DNA of 64,000 bases from a candidate division TM6 bacterium GW2011_GWF2_30_66 (GTDB taxonomy: Bacteria; Babelota; Babeliae; Babelales; Vermiphilaceae): contig LBOA01000001.1 in NCBI GenBank assembly GCA_000989195.1, forward strand, positions 5,312-69,311, read 5' to 3'. Position 1 is the stretch's first letter, and the number at the start of each line of letters is the position of its first letter. Positions 19,120 to 28,183 of this stretch are shown here, in pieces. The position numbers and the translations under genes are program-made. The notes below the pieces were generated by a model. The model was not told where the DNA came from. It ran no database searches and saw only the letters and a program-made list of their open reading frames with translations.

Positions 19120-19998
19120 ATGGAGTTTTTGGATCTTGTTAAAGAACATTTTTTCGGATACAATTCATTTTTTTATTTACGCAATATTATAGAAGTAACT
19201 TTTTTTACAATAATCATATACTACTTCTCAAAATGGCTTAGCTCAGACAAAAAGAAAAACCTACTGTTATATTTTTACAGCTACTCTTTTATACTACTAG
19301 CCGCCCATTATTTACAATTAACAACTATAAGCTATTTTCTATTTTTATTCTCACCAGTTGCAGTAATGCTATTTATTTTATTTCACCAAACAACTTTACA
19401 AAAAAACTTCATAACTCTTAAAAATATTGTCCCAGAAAAAATTGTACAATCAGATTGGCCTCAAGAGATCATACGTAGTTTTTTATTTGCACTTAACAAT
19501 AATAAAACTATATATTGCGCAATAGAAAAAAATGATAACTTATTCGATTATATAAAGTCACCACTAATATTAAACGCTGATATAGAGCACGATTTAATAA
19601 ATATCTTACATGAAAGCGATACTTTTAATCAGAATAAAATAATCTGGATAAACACTCATGGACAAATAATTGGCATAAATGGCTCATGGACAGGAAGTTT
19701 TTTAGAAAATAGCGCCGTAGAATCTCAAGACGCTGGAATTATATTCAAAAAACATGCCGTACTTTTAAGCGCAAAAACAGACGCGCTATTTTTTAGTATA
19801 ACGCCAATGCAAAGAAAATTTGACGTTATATTTAAAGGCGATGTTTTCAATAATATAAACTCTGATAGCATTATAAATATCATAAAAAAATATGCTAAAT
19901 CTAAATCAAATGAAAAAACTAATCTCTCTGAAAAACTAAAAGAGGAATTTTTAAATGAACGTACTAACAATTCTTTCAAGCCGCACCAAAAACAATAA
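19120..19998 (+). CDS. CdaA-like membrane protein (diadenylate cyclase fold) apparently lacking the DGA and RHR catalytic motifs
   Basis: Three N-terminal TM helices and a collinear match by eye to the remembered CdaA layout. It lies in a conserved cdaA-ybbR-glmM gene order. NQNK replaces HDGA and FKKHA replaces TRHRA. Confidence 0.65.
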   Translation: MEFLDLVKEHFFGYNSFFYLRNIIEVTFFTIIIYYFSKWLSSDKKKNLLLYFYSYSFILLAAHYLQLTTISYFLFLFSPVAVMLFILFHQTTLQKNFITLKNIVPEKIVQSDWPQEIIRSFLFALNNNKTIYCAIEKNDNLFDYIKSPLILNADIEHDLINILHESDTFNQNKIIWINTHGQIIGINGSWTGSFLENSAVESQDAGIIFKKHAVLLSAKTDALFFSITPMQRKFDVIFKGDVFNNINSDSIINIIKKYAKSKSNEKTNLSEKLKEEFLNERTNNSFKPHQKQ

Positions 19999-20359
19999 TC
20001 TTCATATTAAAATAATCTCAGCTATACTAGGTTATGCATTTTGGTATGCAATAAGCCAATCTCATGCTGCAAAAATTTGGCTAGAAGCTCCAATTTGCTT
20101 TTATAACATTCAAAAAGATACAAAAATCTCCTGTAAAGAAAAAATATATGTACAACTTTTTGCAAAACATGCCGATCTGTATACTATAGATAAAGAAACC
20201 TTGGCGTTCCACGTTGACGCAGCAAATTTGCAAGATAAAAATACTATAATAAAATTAGAACCTGAACAATTACTTTTACCAGAATCCATTAAAATGGTAA
20301 GATGTAATCCTGCAATTATTGCTGTTTCTGTTGAAAAAGAAAAACCAGTTACAATTTAA
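19955..20359 (+). CDS. YbbR/CdaR-like single-domain protein
   Basis: N-terminal TM helix, then a beta-rich segment AFHVDAANLQDKNTIIKLEPEQLLLPESIKMVRCNPAIIAVSVEK typical of YbbR repeats. It overlaps the cdaA-like stop. AGAGGA RBS. Confidence 0.6.
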   Translation: MNVLTILSSRTKNNNLHIKIISAILGYAFWYAISQSHAAKIWLEAPICFYNIQKDTKISCKEKIYVQLFAKHADLYTIDKETLAFHVDAANLQDKNTIIKLEPEQLLLPESIKMVRCNPAIIAVSVEKEKPVTI

Positions 20360-20392
20360 ATAAAAATTAAAAAAATTATCTCAGGAAAATAT

Positions 20393-21862
20393 ATGACAGA
20401 AAAAAAATTATCTGGCCTAAAAATATTTGGTACAGATGGCATAAGAGCGAGATTCGGCGAATTCCCATTGGATAATGAAAGTATAATAAAATTGGGGCTG
20501 GCAATAGGCCAATGGGCACAAGAAAAATACGTAACCAATAATAACCAAACGCTAAATATACTAATTGGACACGATACAAGAATCTCATGCGATAGCATAA
20601 AACAAGGTCTTGCCGCAGGCCTGCTAACTCACAATGCAATTATACGCGATGCACAAGTAATACCAACGCCTGCAATAGTAAAATTTATAAATAATAAATG
20701 TGACTATTTTAATTTTGGAATAATAATTACGGCTTCGCACAACCCATACCAAGATAATGGCATAAAGATAGTAGATTCCAAAATAGGCAAACTAGACAAA
20801 AGCGACGAAGATAAAATCACAGAGTTTTTTTATAGCAACACCATTAACTCTAGATACTTGAAACTAAAAGATAGCATTAAAAATTCTGGCAATACGCAAC
20901 AAGAGCATGATACCAAATGCAAATGTTCATGTGAAAATATATCCCCCATTCGCCCTGAGTTAATCAAAGGGCCTAATGACCAATATAAAATCCTGGAAAC
21001 TCTACAAGAAGAATATGTAAAAACAATTACACGTTACTTCAAAAAAGACTTACTAAAAAATATAAAAATAGCACTAGATTGTGCAAATGGAGCTACTTAT
21101 AAAGTCGCACCAGAAATTTTCAAACAACTTGGTGCAGAAATTCTTTTAATATCTCATACTCCAGATGGAAAAAACATAAATCAAGATTGCGGCTCAACAC
21201 ATCCAGAAAATTTACAAAAATTCATGCTAAATAATAGTTGTGATATTGGCTTTGCTTTTGACGGCGATGGCGACAGAATAGCCGCGATTAGTAAAAATGG
21301 CCAAACAAAAGACGGTGACGACATATTATGCATACTTTCACAGCACCCTGAATATAAAAAACAAACTGCTATTGTCGGCACAATAATGAGTAATTATGGC
21401 CTTGAAATTTATTTAAATAAATATAATAAAGAATTAATACGTGCAAATGTTGGCGATAAAAACGTTTGTAAAGAAATGGTAAATAAAAATTTACTTGTAG
21501 GTGGCGAGCCTTCTGGACACATTGTACTAAGAGATTATCTATCTTGTGGCGATGGCATATTTGCAGCACTAAAAATAATTGAATCAATAAAACATGCAGA
21601 TAACTGGGATCTAAATACTTTTGAACGCACCCCTCAAATAACAATTAATATAAAAGTAAAAGAAAAAAAAGATCTAAACGAACCAAAATTTAAAGAAATA
21701 ATATTAAAATATAAAAATAAACTAAATAATGGTAGATTAATTGTCAGATATTCTGGAACTGAAAATTTATTAAGAATTATGACAGAAAGTAACGATGAAA
21801 ATTTAGCACGAGATATTTGCAATAATTTATCTAAAGAACTCGCACAAGAATTAAACAATTAA
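20393..21862 (+). CDS. glmM: Phosphoglucosamine mutase with a ~40-aa insertion
   Basis: FGTDGIRA, TASHNPYQDNGIK (active Ser loop), FDGDGDR, GEPSGH and RYSGTENLLRIM. Confidence 0.95.
   Translation: MTEKKLSGLKIFGTDGIRARFGEFPLDNESIIKLGLAIGQWAQEKYVTNNNQTLNILIGHDTRISCDSIKQGLAAGLLTHNAIIRDAQVIPTPAIVKFINNKCDYFNFGIIITASHNPYQDNGIKIVDSKIGKLDKSDEDKITEFFYSNTINSRYLKLKDSIKNSGNTQQEHDTKCKCSCENISPIRPELIKGPNDQYKILETLQEEYVKTITRYFKKDLLKNIKIALDCANGATYKVAPEIFKQLGAEILLISHTPDGKNINQDCGSTHPENLQKFMLNNSCDIGFAFDGDGDRIAAISKNGQTKDGDDILCILSQHPEYKKQTAIVGTIMSNYGLEIYLNKYNKELIRANVGDKNVCKEMVNKNLLVGGEPSGHIVLRDYLSCGDGIFAALKIIESIKHADNWDLNTFERTPQITINIKVKEKKDLNEPKFKEIILKYKNKLNNGRLIVRYSGTENLLRIMTESNDENLARDICNNLSKELAQELNN
20945..20973 (+). 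repeat. Palindromic-element terminus copy inside the glmM reading frame
   Basis: CCCATTCGCCCTGAGTTAATCAAAGGGCC matches the 29-nt consensus at 26/29 positions. It is translated as PIRPELIKG. Confidence 0.7.
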
Positions 21863-21956
21863 TAAACTTTTATACTGACCGCAAACAAGTAAATATAATA
21901 AAAGTAAATATTTTACAAATTAAACAATTATTTAAATAAAACAGGGATAAAAAAAT

Positions 21957-22604
21957 ATGTTATATAGTAAAGTAAAAAAACACACTAAAAAAACTTTTTT
22001 ATATTTATGGTCTCTTTTTTTAAGTGGGCTATTTACCATTTTACCGTTAACATTTACTGTAGTTTTTTTAAATTTTTCTTTCAAGTTACTTATAAAATGG
22101 CTAGAACCAATCAGAATGATAGAACCAAATTTTATAAAACATATCCCTTATTCTGAGGTTTTTTTAACAATTTTATCAATATTTTTAATAGGCATAATAT
22201 TAAAAGTATTTATATTAAAGCGAATAATTCATGCAATAGAAAAACTAATATACAAAATACCCCTCATAAGACCTATTTATAAAGGCTTAAAACAAATGGT
22301 CGACTCTTTTTATAGCGACAAAAAAACTGCTTCATTTACAAATGTTGTTTTAATAGAATTTCCAAGAAAAGAAATTTATTCAATCGGATTTTCGACTGGC
22401 GAACTCCCAGAAGAACTGTCCCCAGAAAAAAATCAACCATATTTAAATGTATTTATCCCAACATCTCCAAATCCAACAACAGGATTTTATCTAATAGTTC
22501 CAGAAAAAGACTTACTCAAAACAGAACTAACCAAACAAGAAGCTATGGCAATAATAATGTCAGGAGGAATAATTATTCCAGATAGATTTACGAAAAAAAC
22601 ATAA
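21957..22604 (+). CDS. DUF502-family membrane protein
   Basis: Two TM helices, PLIRPIYKGLKQMVDSF and IPTSPNPTTGFYLIVPEKDL. Confidence 0.8.
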   Translation: MLYSKVKKHTKKTFLYLWSLFLSGLFTILPLTFTVVFLNFSFKLLIKWLEPIRMIEPNFIKHIPYSEVFLTILSIFLIGIILKVFILKRIIHAIEKLIYKIPLIRPIYKGLKQMVDSFYSDKKTASFTNVVLIEFPRKEIYSIGFSTGELPEELSPEKNQPYLNVFIPTSPNPTTGFYLIVPEKDLLKTELTKQEAMAIIMSGGIIIPDRFTKKT

Positions 22605-22726
22605 ATCAACTTGATAATAAATTTCTATATATATATTATTATAAATATTATTTAATTTTGTGTATAATTTTAAATTTATAACGCTAAAAATAAATTGCTA
22701 TGCGTTAATACCAAAAGAGAGAAAAT

Positions 22727-24589
22727 ATGTTTGAAAAATTTAAAAAATTTATTATGGGTAAGCGTCTATCTTCATCTGCAATAAAAGATGAAAAATTTTC
22801 TATATTATTTGGATTAGCAATTTTAGCAAGTGACGCAGTTTCCTCTGTGGCTTATGCCGTTGAAGCAATACTGTTAGTATTAATTCCCGCTCTAGGAGCA
22901 GGAGCTTATGGGGTTTTGCTAGGAATATCTGGTGGAATTATCGGCTTACTAATACTTCTTGTTATCTCTTATAGGCAAACAATTAATGCTTATCCTAATG
23001 GCGGCGGAGCTTATACTGTAGCATCAGAAAATTTAGGACTTATCCCAGGCTTATTTGCAGGAGCATCTCTTTCTGTAGACTATATACTCACGGCTGCAAT
23101 TAGCACAACAGCTGGCACTGATGCTATAACTTCAGCATTCCCTATACTTTATCCCGTTAGAATAGCTGTATCTTTAGGGTTTTTACTACTAATCACAGTT
23201 GTAAATCTACGTGGGCTAAAAGAATCTTCCAAAATTTTCAGTGTTCCAACATACATATTTGTTTTTAGTACAATAAGTTTAATAATAACAGGATTAATAA
23301 AATATAAGTTATATGGCGCTCCAACAGCAGAAGTTGCTCAAATTTTACTTCCAAGCACAGGAACATTGGGCCTATTTTTATTATTAAAAGCATTTTCTGC
23401 TGGCTGTACAGCATTAACTGGTGTAGAAGCTGTAAGCAATTCTGTGCCAAACTTTAAAGAGCCTACAACAAAAAATGCCAATATTGTATTAAGTTTGCTC
23501 GCATTAATGGCTCTTGTAATATTTGGTGGTATATCTTTGCTCGCAACTATATATAGAGTTATACCTGAAGAAGGTGGCCCAACAGTTTTATCTCACATAG
23601 CGTCAGTAGTTTTTGGATATAATATAATGTATTATGTTTTTCAATTTTCTACGGCACTTATATTATTTATGGCTTCGAATACCGCTTTTAACGGCTTTCC
23701 AATGATAATGTCTATAATGGCAAAAGACGGTTTTGCTCCAAGACAATTAATGCTTAGAGGCCACAGATTAAGCTACTCTAATGGCATAATAATTTTATTC
23801 TTCATTTCAAGTTTATTAATAATTATTTTTGGTGGAAGCACACAAGCTTTAGTTCCATTATATGCTGTTGGCGTATTTAGCTCATTTACGCTATCGCAAT
23901 CAGGAATGTTTTTGAGATGGATAAAAATAAAAGGAAAATTCTGGCAATTTAAAGCATTAATAAATGGTTTAGGAGCTATATTTTCTGCAGCAACAGTATT
24001 AATATTAGGCGTAACTAAATTTTTAAGTGGTGCATGGATAGTAATATTACTAATTCCAATTATTGTAAAAATAATGCTAACTATAAAAAAACATTACGAT
24101 ACAGTTGAAAAAGATTTGAAAATAGATCTTGTAGCATTAAATAAAACAAACTTTCATATCGAATGTACGCATCATGCAATAGTTCCTATTTCAGATTTAA
24201 ACAAATCTGTTGTTGAAACTTTAAAATATGCAAAATGCTTATTTAAAAATGTAACAGCAATTCATATTGCGATAAATAAAGAAGACGCATTGCACCTACG
24301 CGATCGTTGGCACGAATGGAACCCCCAAATACCATTAATTATAAAATATTCGCCATATCGCGAAATAATAGAACCGTTAGTGGAATATATAGATAACTTG
24401 GCAAAGCAAAAAAATAATAATGAGATAATTACTATCTTAATGCCTCAATTTATTACTTTTAGCACCTGGGAAAATTATTTATTACATAACCAAACAAGCT
24501 TATTTTTAAGCCAGGCATTACTGCACAAAGAAGTTATCGTATCCAATTACCCTTATTATGTCGACTGGAAGAAAGAAATTGAATCTTAA
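22727..24589 (+). CDS. APC-superfamily permease with a ~190-aa cytoplasmic C-terminal domain
   Basis: About 12 predicted TM helices; the N-terminal SDAVSSVAYAVEAIL pattern is typical of this permease group. Confidence 0.75.
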   Translation: MFEKFKKFIMGKRLSSSAIKDEKFSILFGLAILASDAVSSVAYAVEAILLVLIPALGAGAYGVLLGISGGIIGLLILLVISYRQTINAYPNGGGAYTVASENLGLIPGLFAGASLSVDYILTAAISTTAGTDAITSAFPILYPVRIAVSLGFLLLITVVNLRGLKESSKIFSVPTYIFVFSTISLIITGLIKYKLYGAPTAEVAQILLPSTGTLGLFLLLKAFSAGCTALTGVEAVSNSVPNFKEPTTKNANIVLSLLALMALVIFGGISLLATIYRVIPEEGGPTVLSHIASVVFGYNIMYYVFQFSTALILFMASNTAFNGFPMIMSIMAKDGFAPRQLMLRGHRLSYSNGIIILFFISSLLIIIFGGSTQALVPLYAVGVFSSFTLSQSGMFLRWIKIKGKFWQFKALINGLGAIFSAATVLILGVTKFLSGAWIVILLIPIIVKIMLTIKKHYDTVEKDLKIDLVALNKTNFHIECTHHAIVPISDLNKSVVETLKYAKCLFKNVTAIHIAINKEDALHLRDRWHEWNPQIPLIIKYSPYREIIEPLVEYIDNLAKQKNNNEIITILMPQFITFSTWENYLLHNQTSLFLSQALLHKEVIVSNYPYYVDWKKEIES

Positions 24590-24833
24590 AGCTTAATTTT
24601 ATGGCTAAAGCGCAAACAATCAAAAAAAGCACCTATACGACGTAAAAATAATAACTTCAGACGATTAATAAATAGAAAAATAACTAAGCTAGAAAAAAGA
24701 CAAAAACAAAATCAGATTACAAATTGTAAAAAACAGTTGCGTCAAAATATAAAAACATGCTAATATTATTTTAGATAGATAAGCTTAAAATTAAGTTTTT
24801 GTATAATTTTATATTTTATTTAAGGAGAGAGGC

Positions 24834-25490
24834 ATGTTTAGTAAAAAAATTACCAAATTTTTAATTGTAATTCTCAGTTTAAATTCATCACATCTTTTTA
24901 GCATGAAACGTATAGATATACAAAATTTAAATCAAAATGATAAAAACATACTTTTACTTGAAAAAAATGAAGTTGACGAAATAAAAGAAAATTTTGAAGA
25001 AAATGGTGAAAACTACTATATCGAAGGCTTGTCGTCGATGTTGCAAGCACTTTCAGATTTAAAATTCTTAGGGCATATTAAAGATGCAAAAGATTTAATT
25101 ATTAAAATAAAAGATTTATTCTTGAAAAAAATAAAAAAACAACTAGAAACAGATAAATATTTAACAGAAAATGATTTAAGAAATATGCTAAATGGACTAC
25201 AAATATTGAAAAAAATTAAAAAACTAGAATCTATCAAAGAAACAATTGTATTTGATTCTCTAAATGAAACTGATTTCATTGAACTGATAAATTCAATAGT
25301 AATAAAAATTAATGAGATTAAAAAAGATAAAGAAAAAATGACTGATTTAATGAATTTAGCTAAAAAAACTGGCAAAACTTTTACAAGCCATCCAGATTCA
25401 AAAGGTAATATAAAAAAACCTAAACAACCAGAAACTTTATTTAGCGATAAAACAAAAAAAGAAATACGTGCTTTTAATGAATTTAATTAA
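24834..25490 (+). CDS. Secreted K/E-rich hypothetical protein
   Basis: AAGGAGAGAGG RBS; signal peptide MFSKKITKFLIVILSLNSSHLFS. Confidence 0.6.
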   Translation: MFSKKITKFLIVILSLNSSHLFSMKRIDIQNLNQNDKNILLLEKNEVDEIKENFEENGENYYIEGLSSMLQALSDLKFLGHIKDAKDLIIKIKDLFLKKIKKQLETDKYLTENDLRNMLNGLQILKKIKKLESIKETIVFDSLNETDFIELINSIVIKINEIKKDKEKMTDLMNLAKKTGKTFTSHPDSKGNIKKPKQPETLFSDKTKKEIRAFNEFN

Positions 25491-25541
25491 ACTTAAATAA
25501 AAATCACTAAAATAATGTGAATTTTACTATAAAATATTATT

Positions 25542-25580
25542 AGGTCTTGGATAGAAAATACTCCAAGGCCTTAATTTTTT
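25542..25580 (+). terminator. Intrinsic terminator
   Basis: 10-bp stem AGGTCTTGGA / TCCAAGGCCT (one G:U pair) followed by TAATTTTTT. Confidence 0.6.
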
Positions 25581-25632
25581 ATTAACAAATTTATTTTCAC
25601 AATAATTTTTTAAATCAGGTTAATACAAAAAA

Positions 25633-26652
25633 TTATTCAAAATTTCCGGATAAAAATCTAGAATAAAACAGGTCTATGGAAAATACGTCGCCACCATTTT
25701 TGAGCGAATAATCAACAGAGTACAAAAAGCTGTGAGCATTAACAAGTTCAATAACAGTGAAATTTTTCCAGCTTTTTTGCATAAAAGAAAATGGTAACCG
25801 AAAGCTAATTTTTTTTGCTTCTACCATCTTCTTCTCTTGCATAAGCTTTATATAATTACATGCACGCCAAACTTGCTCAGACCAAAATGTCAGCCAAAAT
25901 TGCTCAGGATATTCGTCCTTTATTTCAAGCCATAATTTTAAAAACACTTGCGCATTTTTATCAAAAAAGTATTGACTCAAAGTAAATAGTGATTTGTCTG
26001 GGGCTATTATTTTATCTAACCAGCTATCTGCAAACTCTTTGTAACTCGCGCCAGCCAAATATGCATAATTCATTATTGTACACGACTGATCAAGCGTTAA
26101 TCTACTATTTTTAGAAAAAATATCTAATATAATTTTATTAAAAGACTTTGATGAATTCAGCTTTACACCTAAAAGAAATTCGGCTAATTTTGCAAACATT
26201 TTTTGGTCAACAAAATTATCGATATCTACAATTACTTTATTTTTATTTAGGCCTAAATTTATGGAAGCATCTGAACAAAATACTATATAATTTGGACCAC
26301 TATAATTTTCTAGATAATTAATAAAAGGCACCTGTTCTTTTGGCTTTAGATCCATTAGGCCATCCAGCCAATACAACTTTTTTTGTCCCAAAAATGTAGT
26401 TTCAAGCTTTGATTTTAATATCATATTTTCACATGAAACTAAATTTATAATTTCTGAGCTTATTTGTTGTGATATTGCTTCTCTAAATTTTTTAATAAAA
26501 AATGATAAAAATATCGAAGGATTTTGTTTTTCCTGAAACTTAAAGTGGTATATAATTTGGGAAATAGCGCTAGGCTTATCAGCTTCTCCGAACTTACCAA
26601 CACTATCAAATATAGGTGTCTTAATTTTATCTATAAATTCTATAAGTTTCAT
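25633..26652 (-). CDS. holA: Probable DNA polymerase III delta subunit
   Basis: Length 339 aa. TTFLGQKKLYWLDG...YLENYSGPNYIVF and SLFTLSQYFFDKNAQVFLKLWLEI resemble delta-subunit domains I and III. Pattern-level assignment only. Confidence 0.5.
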   Translation of the reverse strand: MKLIEFIDKIKTPIFDSVGKFGEADKPSAISQIIYHFKFQEKQNPSIFLSFFIKKFREAISQQISSEIINLVSCENMILKSKLETTFLGQKKLYWLDGLMDLKPKEQVPFINYLENYSGPNYIVFCSDASINLGLNKNKVIVDIDNFVDQKMFAKLAEFLLGVKLNSSKSFNKIILDIFSKNSRLTLDQSCTIMNYAYLAGASYKEFADSWLDKIIAPDKSLFTLSQYFFDKNAQVFLKLWLEIKDEYPEQFWLTFWSEQVWRACNYIKLMQEKKMVEAKKISFRLPFSFMQKSWKNFTVIELVNAHSFLYSVDYSLKNGGDVFSIDLFYSRFLSGNFE

Positions 26653-26751
26653 GTTCTCTTGCTATAAATTAAAATTTTTAAATTTTACAAATCGAAGCTA
26701 AATTTTTAAACACTCAAGATCAAAAAACCTAATAAAACGATATAACCCTCC

Positions 26752-27199
26752 CCCGTTCGCCCTGAGTTAAGCGAAGGGTCTAGAGACTTTGTCCCTAATT
26801 TTCGATTTATTTTTTTCATTAGACAATTCTTTCAACAAATCAATCTCATCATTAATCAAAGCTTCTTTCTTTTTTCTAGACCAACCCTTAATTTGCTGCT
26901 CTGCTTCTATAGCCTCACCTCTTGATCCAACTGTATCGCTAAAAACAACTTCAACAGGACGCCTTTTGTACGTATAACATGTTCTGATTAATCCCTGCTT
27001 GTGAGCACTAATCCTAGCTTAGATATTATCAGTGTAACCAGTATAATAAGAGCCGTCACTGCATCTTAAAATATAAACATAAAAATCAAGCATGCTAACT
27101 TGTACTTCCACGATAAAAATTATTTTCAAAATTTTACAAATACAAGCTAAATATTCTTGCAAAATCTCTGGACCCTTCGCTTAACTCAGGGCGAACGGG
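26752..27199 (-). mobile_element. 448-bp cassette: GIY-YIG gene bounded by perfect 29-bp terminal inverted repeats
   Basis: 26752-26780 CCCGTTCGCCCTGAGTTAAGCGAAGGGTC and 27171-27199 GACCCTTCGCTTAACTCAGGGCGAACGGG are exact reverse complements. Confidence 0.7.
26767..27093 (-). pseudogene. GIY-YIG (YhbQ/UPF0213, URI-domain) nuclease gene with one in-frame TAA
   Basis: MLDFYVYILRCSDGSYYTGYTDNI*ARISAHKQG...RRPVEVVFSDTVGSRGEAIEAEQQIKGWSRKKKEALIN...SRPFA*. The TAA at 27019-27021 sits where family members usually have Glu. The terminal stop lies inside the left inverted repeat. Confidence 0.8.
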
Positions 27200-27269
27200 A
27201 AATAGATATTTGCCTTCAAAGACTTCATTAAATATAGCTCGCGTTATTTAAAAATAAAATCAAGATTAA

Positions 27270-28118
27270 CTAAGATTGGATATTTTGTCTATTTCCTAAA
27301 CTAAAAAGTGGGGCTTTAAAATTTTTATTATTATCTTGGTTGCCAAGTTCATTAAGTTTATCTAGATCGCTAGAATCTTTAGACTTGCCAAAATTGTGCT
27401 CAAAAATATTATCGCCAACTTTTAATAATTCTTTAATTCCAGAACAAGCTAACTCTTTGGCTTGTTCAAACTGCTCCCAAGAGACAAAATTCCCTTCAGA
27501 TGCACCTTGAATTTCAACAATCTTATTTGATTTTGTTATCACAAAATTAAAGTCTGCATCGGCGCGACTATCTTCTTCGTAGCTTAAATCTAATACGGCT
27601 AAGCCATCTACAACACCAACGGAGATAGAAGCCAAACTATCTTTTATAATTGTCTCTCTAATAATCTTATTTCTCAACCAAAAATCTACAGCTGTACGTA
27701 ACGCCAAACAAGCACCAGTTATGCATGCAGTACGCGTACCGCCATCAGCTTGCAAAACATCACAATCAATATAAATTGTACGCTCACCAAGTAAATCAAA
27801 GTCTATAATAGTTCTTAACGATCTACCTATTAATCTAGAAATTTCTACCGATCTGCCATTTTTTCGCATTACAGTAGCCTCTCGCTCAATTCTTTGCTGC
27901 GAAGACATTGGGAGCATAGAATATTCAGCTGTTAGCCAACCCTTTTTTTGCCCCTTTAAAAACTTTGGCACACCAACTTGTAGACTAACAGAACACAAAA
28001 CTTTTGTATTGCCAACTTCAAACAACACAGAACCGGCGGCATAACCAAAAGTATTAAACTCTACTTTTATTTCTCTCAAATTTTGTGGCGAACGCCCATC
28101 TTTACGAATACCATTCAT
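27270..28118 (-). CDS. rph: Ribonuclease PH with a ~45-aa C-terminal extension
   Basis: RKDGRSPQNLREIK, GSVLFEVGNTKVLC, GRSVEISRLIGRSLR and DCDVLQADGGTRTACITGA. Confidence 0.95.
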   Translation of the reverse strand: MNGIRKDGRSPQNLREIKVEFNTFGYAAGSVLFEVGNTKVLCSVSLQVGVPKFLKGQKKGWLTAEYSMLPMSSQQRIEREATVMRKNGRSVEISRLIGRSLRTIIDFDLLGERTIYIDCDVLQADGGTRTACITGACLALRTAVDFWLRNKIIRETIIKDSLASISVGVVDGLAVLDLSYEEDSRADADFNFVITKSNKIVEIQGASEGNFVSWEQFEQAKELACSGIKELLKVGDNIFEHNFGKSKDSSDLDKLNELGNQDNNKNFKAPLFSLGNRQNIQS

Positions 28119-28183
28119 AGTACATCACATTTTTATAATAAAAATAACAAAATAAAACACATAATTTTAAATAACCTTACCCA

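Noticed and set aside
24601-24766. A 14-codon ORF (MAKAQTIKKSTYTT*) that would continue into a ~45-codon highly basic frame if the A7 run at 24622-24628 were one base longer or shorter
   Set aside because: There is no Shine-Dalgarno sequence and no recognisable family. Lys/Asn/Arg-rich open frames of this length are expected by chance in A-rich DNA. It is noted only as a possible homopolymer frameshift to check in the reads.
26789-26977. Plus-strand 62-aa ORF inside the inverted-repeat cassette
   Set aside because: It is antisense to the clearly recognisable GIY-YIG frame and has no motif or RBS.
27019-27021. Possibility that the in-frame TAA in the GIY-YIG gene reflects stop-codon recoding or an alternative genetic code
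   Set aside because: TAA terminates many well-defined genes in this window at the expected protein ends (for example rpoB and rplS). A single-copy nonsense mutation or a sequencing error is the simpler explanation.
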